Positions 52,241-64,000 of a DNA stretch of 64,000 nucleotides are shown here, piece after piece. The notes under the pieces were generated by a model. That model did no database searches. It was not told where the DNA came from and saw only the letters and a list, made by a program, of their open reading frames with translations. The stretch covers positions 136,674,939-136,738,938 of the forward strand of contig NC_068983.1 in assembly GCF_001194135.2 (NCBI RefSeq), read 5' to 3'. A program made the translations under genes and the position numbers. Positions within the stretch are counted from its first letter, which is position 1. Each line of letters begins with the position of its first letter. Source of the DNA: Octopus bimaculoides. Taxonomy: Eukaryota.

Positions 52241-55200
52241 GTGAGTACAACAAACCTGTTACTATTAATCGTTTCACCGATTGACACAGCACTACATTAT
52301 TGTTATGCTCACACTTTTATTTCTTTACTTATATATATAATCACANNNNNNNNNNNNNNNNNNNNNNNNNNNNNNNNNNNNNNNNNNNNNNNNNNNNNTA
52401 TATATATATATATATTGTAGTTTCCTTAGTTTGAAAAATGTATGCATTTGTTTGTACAATTTGATAAAATTAGCTTGAATGGGAGGTGGGGTAGTGGTTT
52501 TTTTATGTTGTTGTTATTGTTATTGGTTCAGGAAGGCAGGAATATGAACATTGTGATTTCCCATCTCACAAACACATATAAATACCTGTACACAAAACAC
52601 CAATAATAACAATAACAACAATTTTGCAGCAGAGATAAAATGCAAAATCTTTTCACTTTCTTATCTTTTGCTTTGATTTCATTTAAAATCCTTAAATCCA
52701 TTCTGCTAAAAATCAGCATGAAATTTTTTTAATATATTTAAATAGTTTTTGATTATCTTCATTAAAATTAATGAGTTTTTCTTCAATAGTTTATCAGTAG
52801 CATTAGTTTACCTTTTAGATTATTTCTTCATTACTACTATTTTGAATAAAATTACTAAAAACACTTTTCTGCTCATTGTTTTGTCTCTGCTGTAGTTTTT
52901 TTTCAATTTCTCTTATACTTTATTATTTATTAGTTAAGCTCTCTTTTTTTGTAGAATTTTTTTGTATCAATTCTTAGTATTTGCCACAGTTTGTTTTAAA
53001 TTTTATCTTTGTTATGTTAGCAAAGAAAAACTTCAACCATCACCATTAAATAGATATATTTAGTCTGTTAGTATGTAGTTCACTTGCTATTCCTCATTGC
53101 TATGCTTTATGTATATATATTAATGCTAAACTCCCAAGTCATCTTCTTGGTGTTCAGCATTGCAAAAGCAGTTTTCACTTCTTGTATCTTCTTCTGCGGG
53201 TTCCTTCACACACACATATTTCTTTCTAATTTGTTCTCTATATATATATGTTTATACATGTGTATATATGTCTGTACATGTGTATGTATATATTTGTGTA
53301 CACACACATATGTTTGTGTATGCACTGTACTGTTTATATAATTATGTTTGTGTACATATTATGATTGCTGTTGCTGTGTATGTTAACATATGTGTGCGTG
53401 AATGTGATTATGTAAGAATATATACATGTACATATAAAGAGATTATGTATATGTGTTAGTGATGATGATGCAGATTATGATGATGATGGTGATAATGAAG
53501 AACCTATCACAAGCCTTACTGATTATTTGTAAACTGTAGATTTTATTTTTGAAAACCCTTTTCTTCTTGAATTTTCTTTGAAATGTTCTCATCACTGATT
53601 CCCTTTGATAGAGAGTACTCTGAAGGTAAACAATGAAACAAAAAAAAGAAAAGATTTTAGTTGTCCCTAAAATATCTTAAAACAAAAGATTTCAAGTTTT
53701 TTCAAGAATATTATTAGTACAGTTACTGATATACATATGTATGTGTCCTCCAATGCTTTGTGAAGATTTACTTCTTTCACTTAATTGTTTCCTGTAATTA
53801 TCAAACTGAACAGTTTTGACATCACCTTTTATGAATACAATATCTTGTTGTTAAGAGCCAACAAGGAAGCCTCTACATGGTCGATAGAGCTACTAGTAAC
53901 AGTAGCTAAATCTCCCATAAATCACACTCTACCATATTAGATAAGGACACACTAGATAATGTAATTCTATATTCCTCTAAAAATTGTCACAGCTGAAAGG
54001 CTTTTCATTATAGTTCTGTTCAATGTGTTGACATTAGTGCTAAACCACAATATCTGGCATGTAACTCAATTGTGTCCATTCCATTCTTTCTAAAATACAA
54101 TTTCATAAGTTATTTCTTTATATGATCAAAATGCACAGATGACTTTAAACATAAATATGAAGCCATAGATTGGATATATAACATGCAAGTTCCTCATTAG
54201 TTATACATAGATATTTTCTTTTTGATTTATTTCAGAAATCCAACTTCTGGAGAACTAACTTTTGCAGCAAGTCACTTGTTTCTCTATTTTGTTGTTCCTG
54301 ATAATTATGTCTGAACTACTTGTGTTTGTGTTTTGAAAATATTGTAATGAATGCATTCCCATGTTAGGGAGGAAGTAGTTAGATCAAGCTTTGTGGTGGG
54401 TTTTGAAATCATAACCAGGCAGGGAGTTCTAACTATATATACAGTTCTACAGAGCATTGATTACAAAATGTTTTTCTGCAGTTTTGCATGGATGTGTATT
54501 CTACATGACTGTAGCTTTTTATTATGAGATATATATACATATACACTTATATTTATATAGAAATTAACATATTACTTATAAATTCAATAAGATATTATCT
54601 CTTTGTCCAATAAAGATGTATTATAACAATTAATTTTTTGTAAGTATTTTATACTAAGTGACAAATGGCTCAGATAACTGTCTCGAAAATATAGTATACA
54701 TTTAGTATACCAGTAAATGCAAGTTAAAATTAAATAGGTAGTTCAATACTCCATGTACCATATTTCTTTGTTCACTACAAGAAATCATTGATCTTTTGTT
54801 TAATCTAAAGGAATAATCATTTTGTTAATAAAGGTGGCAAATTTACAGTCATTAGAGTTCTGACTCTCTTTACTGTGAGTTCAAATACCACGAATGTGAA
54901 CTTTGCCTTTTATTCTTTCAAAGTTGATAAAATAAAGTACCAGTCCAGTGCAGTGGATTGAGAGGATGTCATGTGATGCCTTGTGGTATTTGTTCTGGGC
55001 CTTTACATTCTGAGTTCTTGTGTGCCTTTAGCAGAGTCTACTCTGTTGCAAGCATTCAGGTCACCAGTTTCAAGATAACTTCTCCATACATCCCATCACT
55101 CTTAGAGGCCCTTTAAAATCAATTGATGATGGGTACTGTCCTTTCCTACTCAACTAAACGGTAAAAAAAAAAAGCAGTGGGCTATAAATCATGGGGCAGA

Positions 55201-55599
55201 GGCAAGTTTTTAATAAAATAAATTAATATAGCAACTTTGTTTCTCAGTAAACATTAATGTCATTAAAAAGGTATGAACATTATAACTTATTACATTGCTT
55301 CTGTAAAAAAAATCAATTGCATCTTTTTAAATATAATAGAATGACATAGATTGTTTCTGCTATCATTTTCACTGCTTTGAACACTCATATAAAAGCAGAG
55401 ACTGTTTGTGTATCTATTTTCTATATCAATATTTCTATCACAAAGTCTTTTACTTCCTTCATATTATTGACTGTTGGCCATGTTACATCAGTATAAGTGT
55501 ATTGGGAAAACCATATCAATAACTACATGAGACATAAATAGCCTGTCTATATAATCATGTCAAAGCAGTTCACTTTTATTTTATCTGTATGTATTTACA

Positions 55600-56890
55600 T
55601 ATCCTAGAGAATCTTACCTTTCTCTCTGGAACATGATTTTCACATTCTCTAGCTGTTGTGGGAAGAGGTATTCCTTTTCTCTTATTTTCTAGTGGAGTAA
55701 AGACAGTCACTCTGTCATGTCTCCCGGAGCAGTTTGCAGTGGTCAGTGTGAGGCATCTGGCCACATACTGACCTGCTGCAAACTGTGCTGATGGTTTCAC
55801 CAAACTGACCACAAATATTGCATCTGAGTTTGATATTTTACTGCTGTATATATTTTTGGTAGTATTCACTATGGAGATGATAAAATCGGTAGACTTAGAC
55901 AAAATTCTTTGTGGTATTTATTTACAATCCTTTACATTCTAAGTTCGGTTTCTGCTGGGTTCAGCTTAGCCTTTCATCATTCCAGGATCAATAAAATAAG
56001 TATCAATCACAGCTATACTCCTCCTCCAACATGTTTTAGATATGTGCCTGTATTAGAAATCATTATTATTATTAGCTTCTTCGACCAGGCAATGCGTTAT
56101 GTTCTTGAGCAATATTGGGTGCCTGGCATTTGCAATTACATCAGGCAATCACCAATGTCTGCCAGATTAGCAATGCACTCAATGGCAGTTCCACTTTAGC
56201 AATATGTAGAGGATTGATAGTAGGTGAGAGTGATGACATTCTCAAAGAAACTTTAGGCATCAACAAAGATGAATCTGCTAGTCTGTTTCAGAGACTTTCT
56301 AACCAGCAGTTCTCAATCTGAGAGTTCCAGAAAACTTTTGGGTTATGGACTACTATGGATTACTTCCTTGGCCCAGTTAGTGCTACTGTGATACTCTACC
56401 AGCTTCAGACAAACTCTACAAGTATAAGTACTACCAAGCAGGACTGCCTGAGATGCATGATGTAACAGTACTGTATGCAGTCATGTAGTGTTGAAGCTTT
56501 ACTAACTTGTAGAGTTATAATGAAGATTGTCTCACATTTATTTGTCATGTTCATTATGAGGATCAACCTACCACCCTTCTTTACTGAGGCTATGATAAAA
56601 GAGGTTGTGTGGTGGATGAGGCTGAACGGATTGAGGATAGAATCTTTCTCTTCAGTTAAGCCCTCATCAGCTTTTTAAAGTTTCACTTGGAAAGAGAAGC
56701 AGGCTTGTCAAACAGTGGGTAACTTTGGTAAAAATGGTTAGAGTGAAGAGAAGTACCCTAAGCATGCACTTGTGAATTGGAGAACAGTATTTTGGTGAGG
56801 GCTCATGCTCTTGGTAGTCAAGGTGATCTTGTATCTGTGGGATTTCTTGATTGACCCTAGCTAGAAGCCCCCCTTGTATCAGGAGAACTA
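55600..56890 (-). mobile_element. Highly degenerate R4/Dong-like RLE non-LTR retrotransposon fragment
   Basis: Minus strand has a KEGGR-L-like motif near 56570 and LRCNICGQFGETI...RHDRV zinc-knuckle region near 55700-55820; many frameshifts. Confidence 0.55.
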
Positions 56891-57259
56891 TATCAATCAT
56901 GTATTCATAAATTTTGTATACAATGTATATTTTTCTCATCAATTATCCCCACCCCTTTCCTTTTCCTTCTCACTGATTTTATGTAATCCTCCTACCATTG
57001 AATACCCCAGTGGCAAAGACAAGAAATTACTATTAGTAGTTGTATTAATAGTACTATTATTATTATTATTAACTGTAAATTAGCAGAATCATTAGAACAT
57101 TGAGGGAAGTGCATTTGTTTTGGCTCTTTACATTCTGAGTTAAAATCCTGCTGAGGTAAATTTTGCCTTTCATACTCCAGAGTCAATAAAATAATGTATC
57201 TGTCTAGTACTTAGGTCAATGGTATTCCTTCAAAATTGCTGGTTTTACACCTAAATCAA

Positions 57260-57298
<39 letters not shown>

Positions 57299-57311
57299 GC
57301 TATCATTATTA

Positions 57312-57662
57312 GTAATATTTTATAGGATTGAGGTAACTCCTCCAGTAGGTATACAGAAGCAAAAAAACAGAAGAGGGCCATTGTTATCAAGTGAATGATA
57401 TTTCGGCATCTGGTGTACCTTCCACAAGTTCAAAAAATAAACTTGTCAATCTACTTCATTTTTGATAATATTTTATAGGATTGAAGTAACAATAGCGCTC
57501 TTTCTTTCCTTTCTTTTTTTTTTTTTTCTTTTTTGCTTCTGTATACCTACTAGAAGAGTTATCTCAATCCTATAAAATATTACCAAAAATGAAGTAGCTT
57601 GACAAGTTTATTTTTTGAACCTGTGGAAATATCGTTCACTTGATAACAATGAAACTCTTCTT
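57312..57662. repeat. Foldback inverted repeat between two (ATT)n microsatellites
   Basis: The reverse complement of 57530-57662 matches blocks 57312-57367, 57368-57401 and 57420-57490 with few mismatches. Confidence 0.9.
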
Positions 57663-57676
57663 TTATTTGCTTATTA

Positions 57677-57725
<49 letters not shown>

Positions 57726-58529
57726 ACACAACTTATTTGATGAATGCTTCTCTGAAAGCCATAGCATTTTATCCCTGTATCCCTTAATACTACTTGCCTA
57801 AGTATTCACAAATAACAGCGATCAAAACAAACCCTCAAGCTGTAATAACTATTAATGACAGGAATAAAAATCTATGACCCCTGATAGAAATCTCAATTCC
57901 TTCTAATAAAAATGTTAAAGTGAAAAAATTTGAGGATCTACCAAGGGATCAAGATTTTAAAATGGAAATAAGAAAGTTGCAGGTTATAAATTTAAAAGCA
58001 TGATTAATAATAATTAAACATCAAGGTGATAAACAAGAACATGAATAAAAGCATAATGAGTATATCATATCTTATAAGTCTACATTAATCATCATTAACA
58101 TCATCATCATCTTCTATCATCATTATTATTATTATTCTGGATCACTCAATTCTGGCTATTCAACTTGAATAAGCCTTTTATTCTTAATTTTTCTTTTCCA
58201 ACTAAATTTGTTTCTTCTCTTTCTCCCCTTTTTTGTTTACCTTTCTTTGCCTTGTTTTCTCTTTGCACTCATTTGTAGACATGGAATTTAATTCTAAAGA
58301 TCATTTTATTATATAAGGCTTCTATATACAATAGCCTATACTCAATTATATCAGTCTCTAATCTGTTATTTCTCTGTACTGTCATATTCACTACATCTAA
58401 ATACATTCACTTCTCTTTCAGACTCTCTTTTCCTTCTCTTTTACTGTTTTCTTTATTTCTAATTTCTTTGCTTCAAATTTATAGATTCAGTTCCACCAAG
58501 AGTTGCTGCTACACATACAAATGTGTGCA

Positions 58530-58584
<55 letters not shown>

Positions 58585-58609
58585 GCATGCATACAAGCAT
58601 ACATACATT

Positions 58610-58660
<51 letters not shown>

Positions 58661-59254
58661 ACACACACACACACACACATATATGCTCAGTTGCAGTTCT
58701 TAATTAAGAACCAAATAATGCTCGACTATGAATATAGTGAAAGATATATAATGTAGTTTCATGATTATCATACTAACAATGATCATGACTCACAGTTTCA
58801 TATAAAAGTATCCATACATCACACTCATCAGATGGGCACATTTGAGATCCATTATGTGATACATTATTACTTTTACATGAAACCCAGAGTCATGGCCATC
58901 ATTTGTTAGTATTGCCATCATTAAATGATGTTATATATATATGTATAGTTACAATTTTTCATTCAGTGACTTTTATTGGATGAAATTTTATCAAAACAAC
59001 TTTTCGTAGAATAATTTTGTAAGTATATTATTTTGTAGATTTCTTTTCTTTTTGAGATGATCGTTTAGGGATACTAAAACTTCAGATCAACCAACCAGAC
59101 AACATAGTTCAAAATTCTCAACGTCTACTCATGGCTGCTCAGCACAGATTACTTCTCTTATAGCTGATATGAATTTCAAAACCAACTGACTGACTACAAC
59201 TTTAATCTTAACCTTAACTTTTTGATTTGGTAAAAAGCTGTTTCAGTTGTTTAA

Positions 59255-59462
59255 CCCTTTTGATACCAAACTGACGTGAAATTACCTCTGGTTCTGTAGT
59301 ACAACTGCCTTGTTTTCAAAAGTTCTGAATTAAAATCTTCCACCAAACCTTTGTCACAATTTATGTTCTAAAAACTAAGTTATTTTACTAAGTCCTCTGT
59401 TATACTTAAAATTAATTGAAAGAAACACAGAGCATCTCAACAGAAATATGGTAACAAAAGGG
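59255..59462. mobile_element. 208-bp piggyBac-type MITE
   Basis: TTAA on both sides (59251-59254, 59463-59466); TIRs CCCTTTTGATACCA / TGGTAACAAAAGGG match at 13 of 14 positions. Confidence 0.85.
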
Positions 59463-59597
59463 TTAATGGAAATCGTTGTCGTCGTTTAACGTCCGCTTTC
59501 CATGCTAGCATGGGTTGGATACATTTACAAAATTATGCTGTTAAAAGTTGTTTCAACAAAATGTCATCGGGTGAAAAGTCATGCTACAATTTATATA

Positions 59598-59629
<32 letters not shown>

Positions 59630-59631
59630 TT

Positions 59632-59689
<58 letters not shown>

Positions 59690-60090
59690 NNNNNNNNNNA
59701 CACACATACACACACACACATACATACACACACATACATACATACATACATACATACATACATGCGTATGTATGCATGTTTAAAAATTTGACTATGAGCG
59801 GTGTATTATTATAATTAATCCTTCCATGATCAATTTTACCTTTCATTTGGGTTGATGAAATAAGTACTAGTTTAGTACTGAGGCCAGTTTAATTGACTAA
59901 CCTTTTTCCTCAGACTTGTGGCCTTTTTGCTTTTGTTAGAAATCATTATTATTAACAGTAGTAGAGTTGCAGAATTGCTAGAATTCCAGAAATGTGCCTT
60001 GCAATGTTTGCATTCTGAGTTAAATTCATCCTTTTGAAGTCTATAAAATAGTTACCAGTCAAGTACTGCAATTGATTTAATCATCTTTTC

Positions 60091-61295
60091 CTTACTCCTG
60101 ATTTGTGATATTGTGTCGAATTAAAAAAGACAGTAAGGCCTGCAACAAAATACCTGACAATATTTAACTACATCACTGTATGTTCTGAGTTCATATCCTG
60201 CTCAACTTTACTCCTGATTTGTGATATTGTGTCGAATTAAAAAAGACAGTAAGGCCTGCAACAAAATACCTGACAATATTTAACTACATCACTGTATGTT
60301 CTGAGTTCATATCCNNNNNNNNNNNNNNNNNNNNNNNNNNNNNNNNNNNNNNNNNNNNNNNNNNNNNNNNNNNNNNNNNNNNNNNNNNNNNNNNNNNNNN
60401 NNNNNNNNNNNNNNNNNNNNNNNNNNNNNNNNNNNNNNNNNNNNNNNNNNNNNNNNNNNNNNNNNNNNNNNNNNNNNNNNNNNNNNNNNNNNNNNNNNNN
60501 NNNNNNNNNNNNNNNNNNNNNNNNNNNNNNNNNNNNNNNNNNNNNNNNNNNNNNNNNNNNNNNNNNNNNNNNNNNNNNNNNNNNNNNNNNNNNNNNNNNN
60601 NNNNNNNNNNNNNNNNNNNNNNNNNNNNNNNNNNNNNNNNNNNNNNNNNNNNNNNNNNNNNNNNNNNNNNNNNNNNNNNNNNNNNNNNNNNNNNNNNNNN
60701 NNNNNNNNNNNNNNNNNNNNNNNNNNNNNNNNNNNNNNNNNNNNNNNNNNNNNNNNNNNNNNNNNNNNNNNNNNNNNNNNNNNNNNNNNNNNNNNNNNNN
60801 NNNNNNNNNNNNNNNNNNNNNNNNNNNNNNNNNNNNNNNNNNNNNNNNNNNNNNNNNNNNNNNNNNNNNNNNNNNNNNNNNNNNNNNNNNNNNNNNNNNN
60901 NNNNNNNNNNNNNNNNNNNNNNNNNNNNNNNNNNNNNNNNNNNNNNNNNNNNNNNNNNNNNNNNNNNNNNNNNNNNNNNNNNNNNNNNNNNNNNNNNNNN
61001 NNNNNNNNNNNNNNNNNNNNNNNNNNNNNNNNNNNNNNNNNNNNNNNNNNNNNNNNNNNNNNNNNNNNNNNNNNNNNNNNNNNNNNNNNNNNNNNNNNNN
61101 NNNNNNNNNNNNNNNNNNNNNNNNNNNNNNNNNNNNNNNNNNNNNNNNNNNNNNNNNNNNNNNNNNNNNNNNNCTTACTCCTGATTTGTGATATTGTGTC
61201 GAATTAAAAAAGACAGTAAGGCCTGCAACAAAATACCTGACAATATTTAACTACATCACTGTATGTTCTGAGTTCATATCCTGCTCAACTTTACT
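60091..61295 (+). repeat. 116-bp tandem repeat spanning an assembly gap
   Basis: Unit ttactcctgatttgtgatattgtgtcgaatt...catatcctgctcaact occurs at 60092, 60208 and 61175; copies appear identical. Confidence 0.85.
60315..61173. other. Assembly gap (N run)
   Basis: Run of N. Confidence 1.
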
Positions 61296-61773
61296 TTTGA
61301 TTTTTCTGGAGATTAATAAAGTATCTGTTGAGTACAGTTGTCATAAAATTTGTTGCCTTAATGCCTTCATTGGGGGGTGGGGGGTCATCTGTTTACTCTC
61401 CATTTTGCCAAGAATAAGTAATTCAATACCTTGGTCATTCTTCTTATAATGCTCATCACTCATTTTGCCAAATATTAGCTCTCAGAATGTAAAGGAACAT
61501 AACTAAATATTGCAAGGTCTTTTGTCTGGTACTCTAACAGGTAATTTTTTATCAACCCTGGAGAAATGAAAGACAAAGACAGACTAGATGGGATTTGAAC
61601 TCAGAACATAAAGAACTGTAACTAAATACCACAAGGTATTACTGTCTGACATGTTACTGATTCTGCCATCCAATAACCTATGATGTTGATTTCTAACTTA
61701 TATTCAGTCATGCAAAACTAGTTATTAGTTTATGCCCTTTGATAACATTATTTAATTTATTATTATTAATACT

Positions 61774-61962
61774 AAGGCTGTGAGTTGGCAGAATTGTTAG
61801 CATACATTATCTTTACATTTTGAGTTCAAATGCCACGAAGGTCAACTTTGCCTTTCATCCTTTCAGGGTCAGTGAAATAAGTACCAGTCAATCACTGGGG
61901 TTGATGTAATCAACTAGACTCCTCCCCAAAAATTTTAGGCCGTGTGCCTATAATAGAAAGGA

Positions 61963-61965
<3 letters not shown>
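61774..61965 (+). mobile_element. Nin/Deu-core SINE copy ending in (ATT)n
   Basis: gagttcaaatgccacgaaggtcaactttgcctttcatcctttcagggtcagtgaaataagtaccagtc...gtgcctataatagaaaggatcattatt. Confidence 0.75.
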
Positions 61966-62006
<41 letters not shown>

Positions 62007-62810
62007 CTTGACTCGGGATTGGTCTTGTTCCTGTTAGAATTTATGTGGGTAACAGGTTACTACCAGTACCTTTAGATATCCACATAAATCATCATCATCA
62101 TCATCATCATCATTATTTTTCATGTTTTTTTTTTTTTTTCAAACTATCAAACATTCTTCAATAGTTGGATCTGTCTAAATTTGACCATTTCACCAACCTG
62201 CGCTCTTTATCTTTCCTGCTCTTTTTATTTCTTTTGTTGCTTTTATTTTCAGATATCTTCTGTTTATTTTAATTTTATTTGTTTATATTTTTAATTTCTA
62301 ATTTATACTATTACTCTTTCACTGGTTCCAGCCAGTGGCCTATGGGTCATAGTCACCAAATATCAAAGCTAACTTTTTCTTTTCTTTTTTTTCACTTTCT
62401 TTTGTATTTTTTATTTGTCTTTATTTTATTTATTTTTTGCTTCTTTGTCTTATTTACTATTCTGCTTTTACAAACTGCTTTTAAGATGCTGTACTCATAC
62501 ACACAGCTCACACACACAAACATACACATGCTGACGAATAAAAACATTATAATTAAATGCATGTGTGTGTGGATATGATAGGCATGCATATAGCATGCAG
62601 CACTTAAATATATATGTTTCTATATACATGTTTAAATAAATGCACACATATTTATACACATATGCATATATCAAAACACATATGCAACTATGCACATTTA
62701 TACACATACGCATGCAATCTCCCATACAGGCATATATACAAATAAACCAATGTAAGTACATCGATACAGAAATATAAATGCATTCAATGCATACAATACA
62801 CACACGTGCA

Positions 62811-62848
<38 letters not shown>

Positions 62849-63314
62849 TGTGTATGCAACATTAATAAACGAAAGAAAATAATTACTTTTCTCCTCTTTA
62901 CTTCTTTTTATGTTTTTTCTTCTATTATTTTGTTGAACTTGCCTATTTATTCTGCAGCTTTTCTCTTAAGACTTTATTTTTTTTACTGTTTCTTTTTATT
63001 TCAATTCTTCCTTTTCACTTGAATTCTTCTGCTTGGTAAAAAAAAAGTCTAAACTTCACTGGAATCAAGTTACAGCCTAACATGGAGAATTTCTCAAAAT
63101 ATGCAAAAGTATTCCTCAACAATGAATTTATTTGCTCTTTAATACTTCTTTCAATTTTCTTATTCTATTTTCTTTCATGAAAGATTTTTCATCTTTTTTT
63201 TCATGTCTTTAATTCTTTCTTGTACTTTTTTTCTTTCTTTTCCATCATTTTTACTAATATATCATTGCATTCTGAGCTAATGGTCACAATCCTCAATTTT
63301 CTCCAAAACATTAT

Positions 63315-63355
<41 letters not shown>

Positions 63356-63961
63356 CAAACACATGCATGCATACATGCATATATACACACATTACACACA
63401 GTAATATTGATATATGCATCTTATATCTATTTCGATTGTCACCTTCATCAATGTGACAGATGATATTTACATGAAGTCATTTTTCTATATTTTCTGTGGT
63501 AGCTCTCTCTGGATAATTCGGCAAGTACTCTCTTCCTGATCATTTCTTCCAAAATCACTTACCTGTAACTGACCCAAATCTCACTTGGTTCTCTAACTGT
63601 GTTAATAACTCTTATCCCAGTATATAACATCCTTCGAACGTGAGGTTTGCACTGTAGTTAGGATTTTTTCCTTCCATTAAAAGTTTTTTTTTTTAAATCA
63701 ATAATAATCATAATAATGAAAATAATAACAATAATAATCATAATAATTTTTTTTTCAATTCTGTTCTTTTCCAAAACCAAACCATAATTTTTCTTCCTAA
63801 CAATATATTTTGCTTTTCACATTGGTCTCTGATATAAAATTAACATTCTGTATCTAATAATGCAGAAATGAGTGGGGATGCTATATGTTTTTTTTTTTAA
63901 GGATGCCACTGTTTTTCCTTCTTGTGTTTTCCGAAGTTTCTTAGTGCCTTCTTTATATAAA

Positions 63962-64000
<39 letters not shown>

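Noticed and set aside
55576-55902. 108-aa minus-strand ORF as a possible nested host gene
   Set aside because: An alternative frame shows a retrotransposon zinc-knuckle motif, so it is a TE remnant.
56750-56762. 13-nt sequence complementary to the IIIS4 exon (possible editing complementary sequence)
   Set aside because: About one such match is expected by chance for 950 nt of exon against 64 kb; it is 37 kb away and inside a TE remnant.
58468-59846. Numerous 60-100 aa ORFs rich in YI, HT and CV (also at 1693, 12064, 26908, 38361, 62495 and 63201)
   Set aside because: They are translations of (TA)n, (CA)n and (TG)n microsatellites.
62253-62261. 9-nt ATATCTTCT (ISS) after a strong pyrimidine tract
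   Set aside because: The donor T|GTTTAT is too weak to support an exon.

Overview
AT-rich, microsatellite- and TE-rich eukaryotic genomic DNA with assembly gaps. The SINE/LINE repertoire and the protein sequence point to a mollusc, most likely Octopus (inference). The window lies inside a + strand L-type voltage-gated calcium channel alpha-1 gene (Cav1). Eight exons with canonical AG/GT borders (19683-33052, 952 nt, one continuous frame) encode IIIS4, IIIS5, the domain III pore loop (TVSTFEGWP), IIIS6, the III-IV linker and IVS1-IVS3. The seven internal introns are 0.9-2.6 kb. In contrast, I found no IIIS3 exon in the first 19.7 kb and no IVS4 exon in the last 31 kb, so both S3-S4 linker introns appear very large. 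The IVS3-S4 intron holds a strong in-frame 48-nt cassette exon candidate (52193-52240, RIDNDDPSQPTLSSGA), a 12-nt microexon candidate (38295-38306, RNSE) and weaker candidates. Together these suggest combinatorial splicing of the domain IV voltage-sensor loop. The introns also contain RTE, Penelope, HERO-like and R4/Dong-like retroelement fragments, two Tc1/mariner elements, hAT and piggyBac-type MITEs, several SINE families and a foldback palindrome. Most ORFs in the supplied track are microsatellite, gap or TE artefacts. All calls come from reading the sequence by eye; no searches were run.
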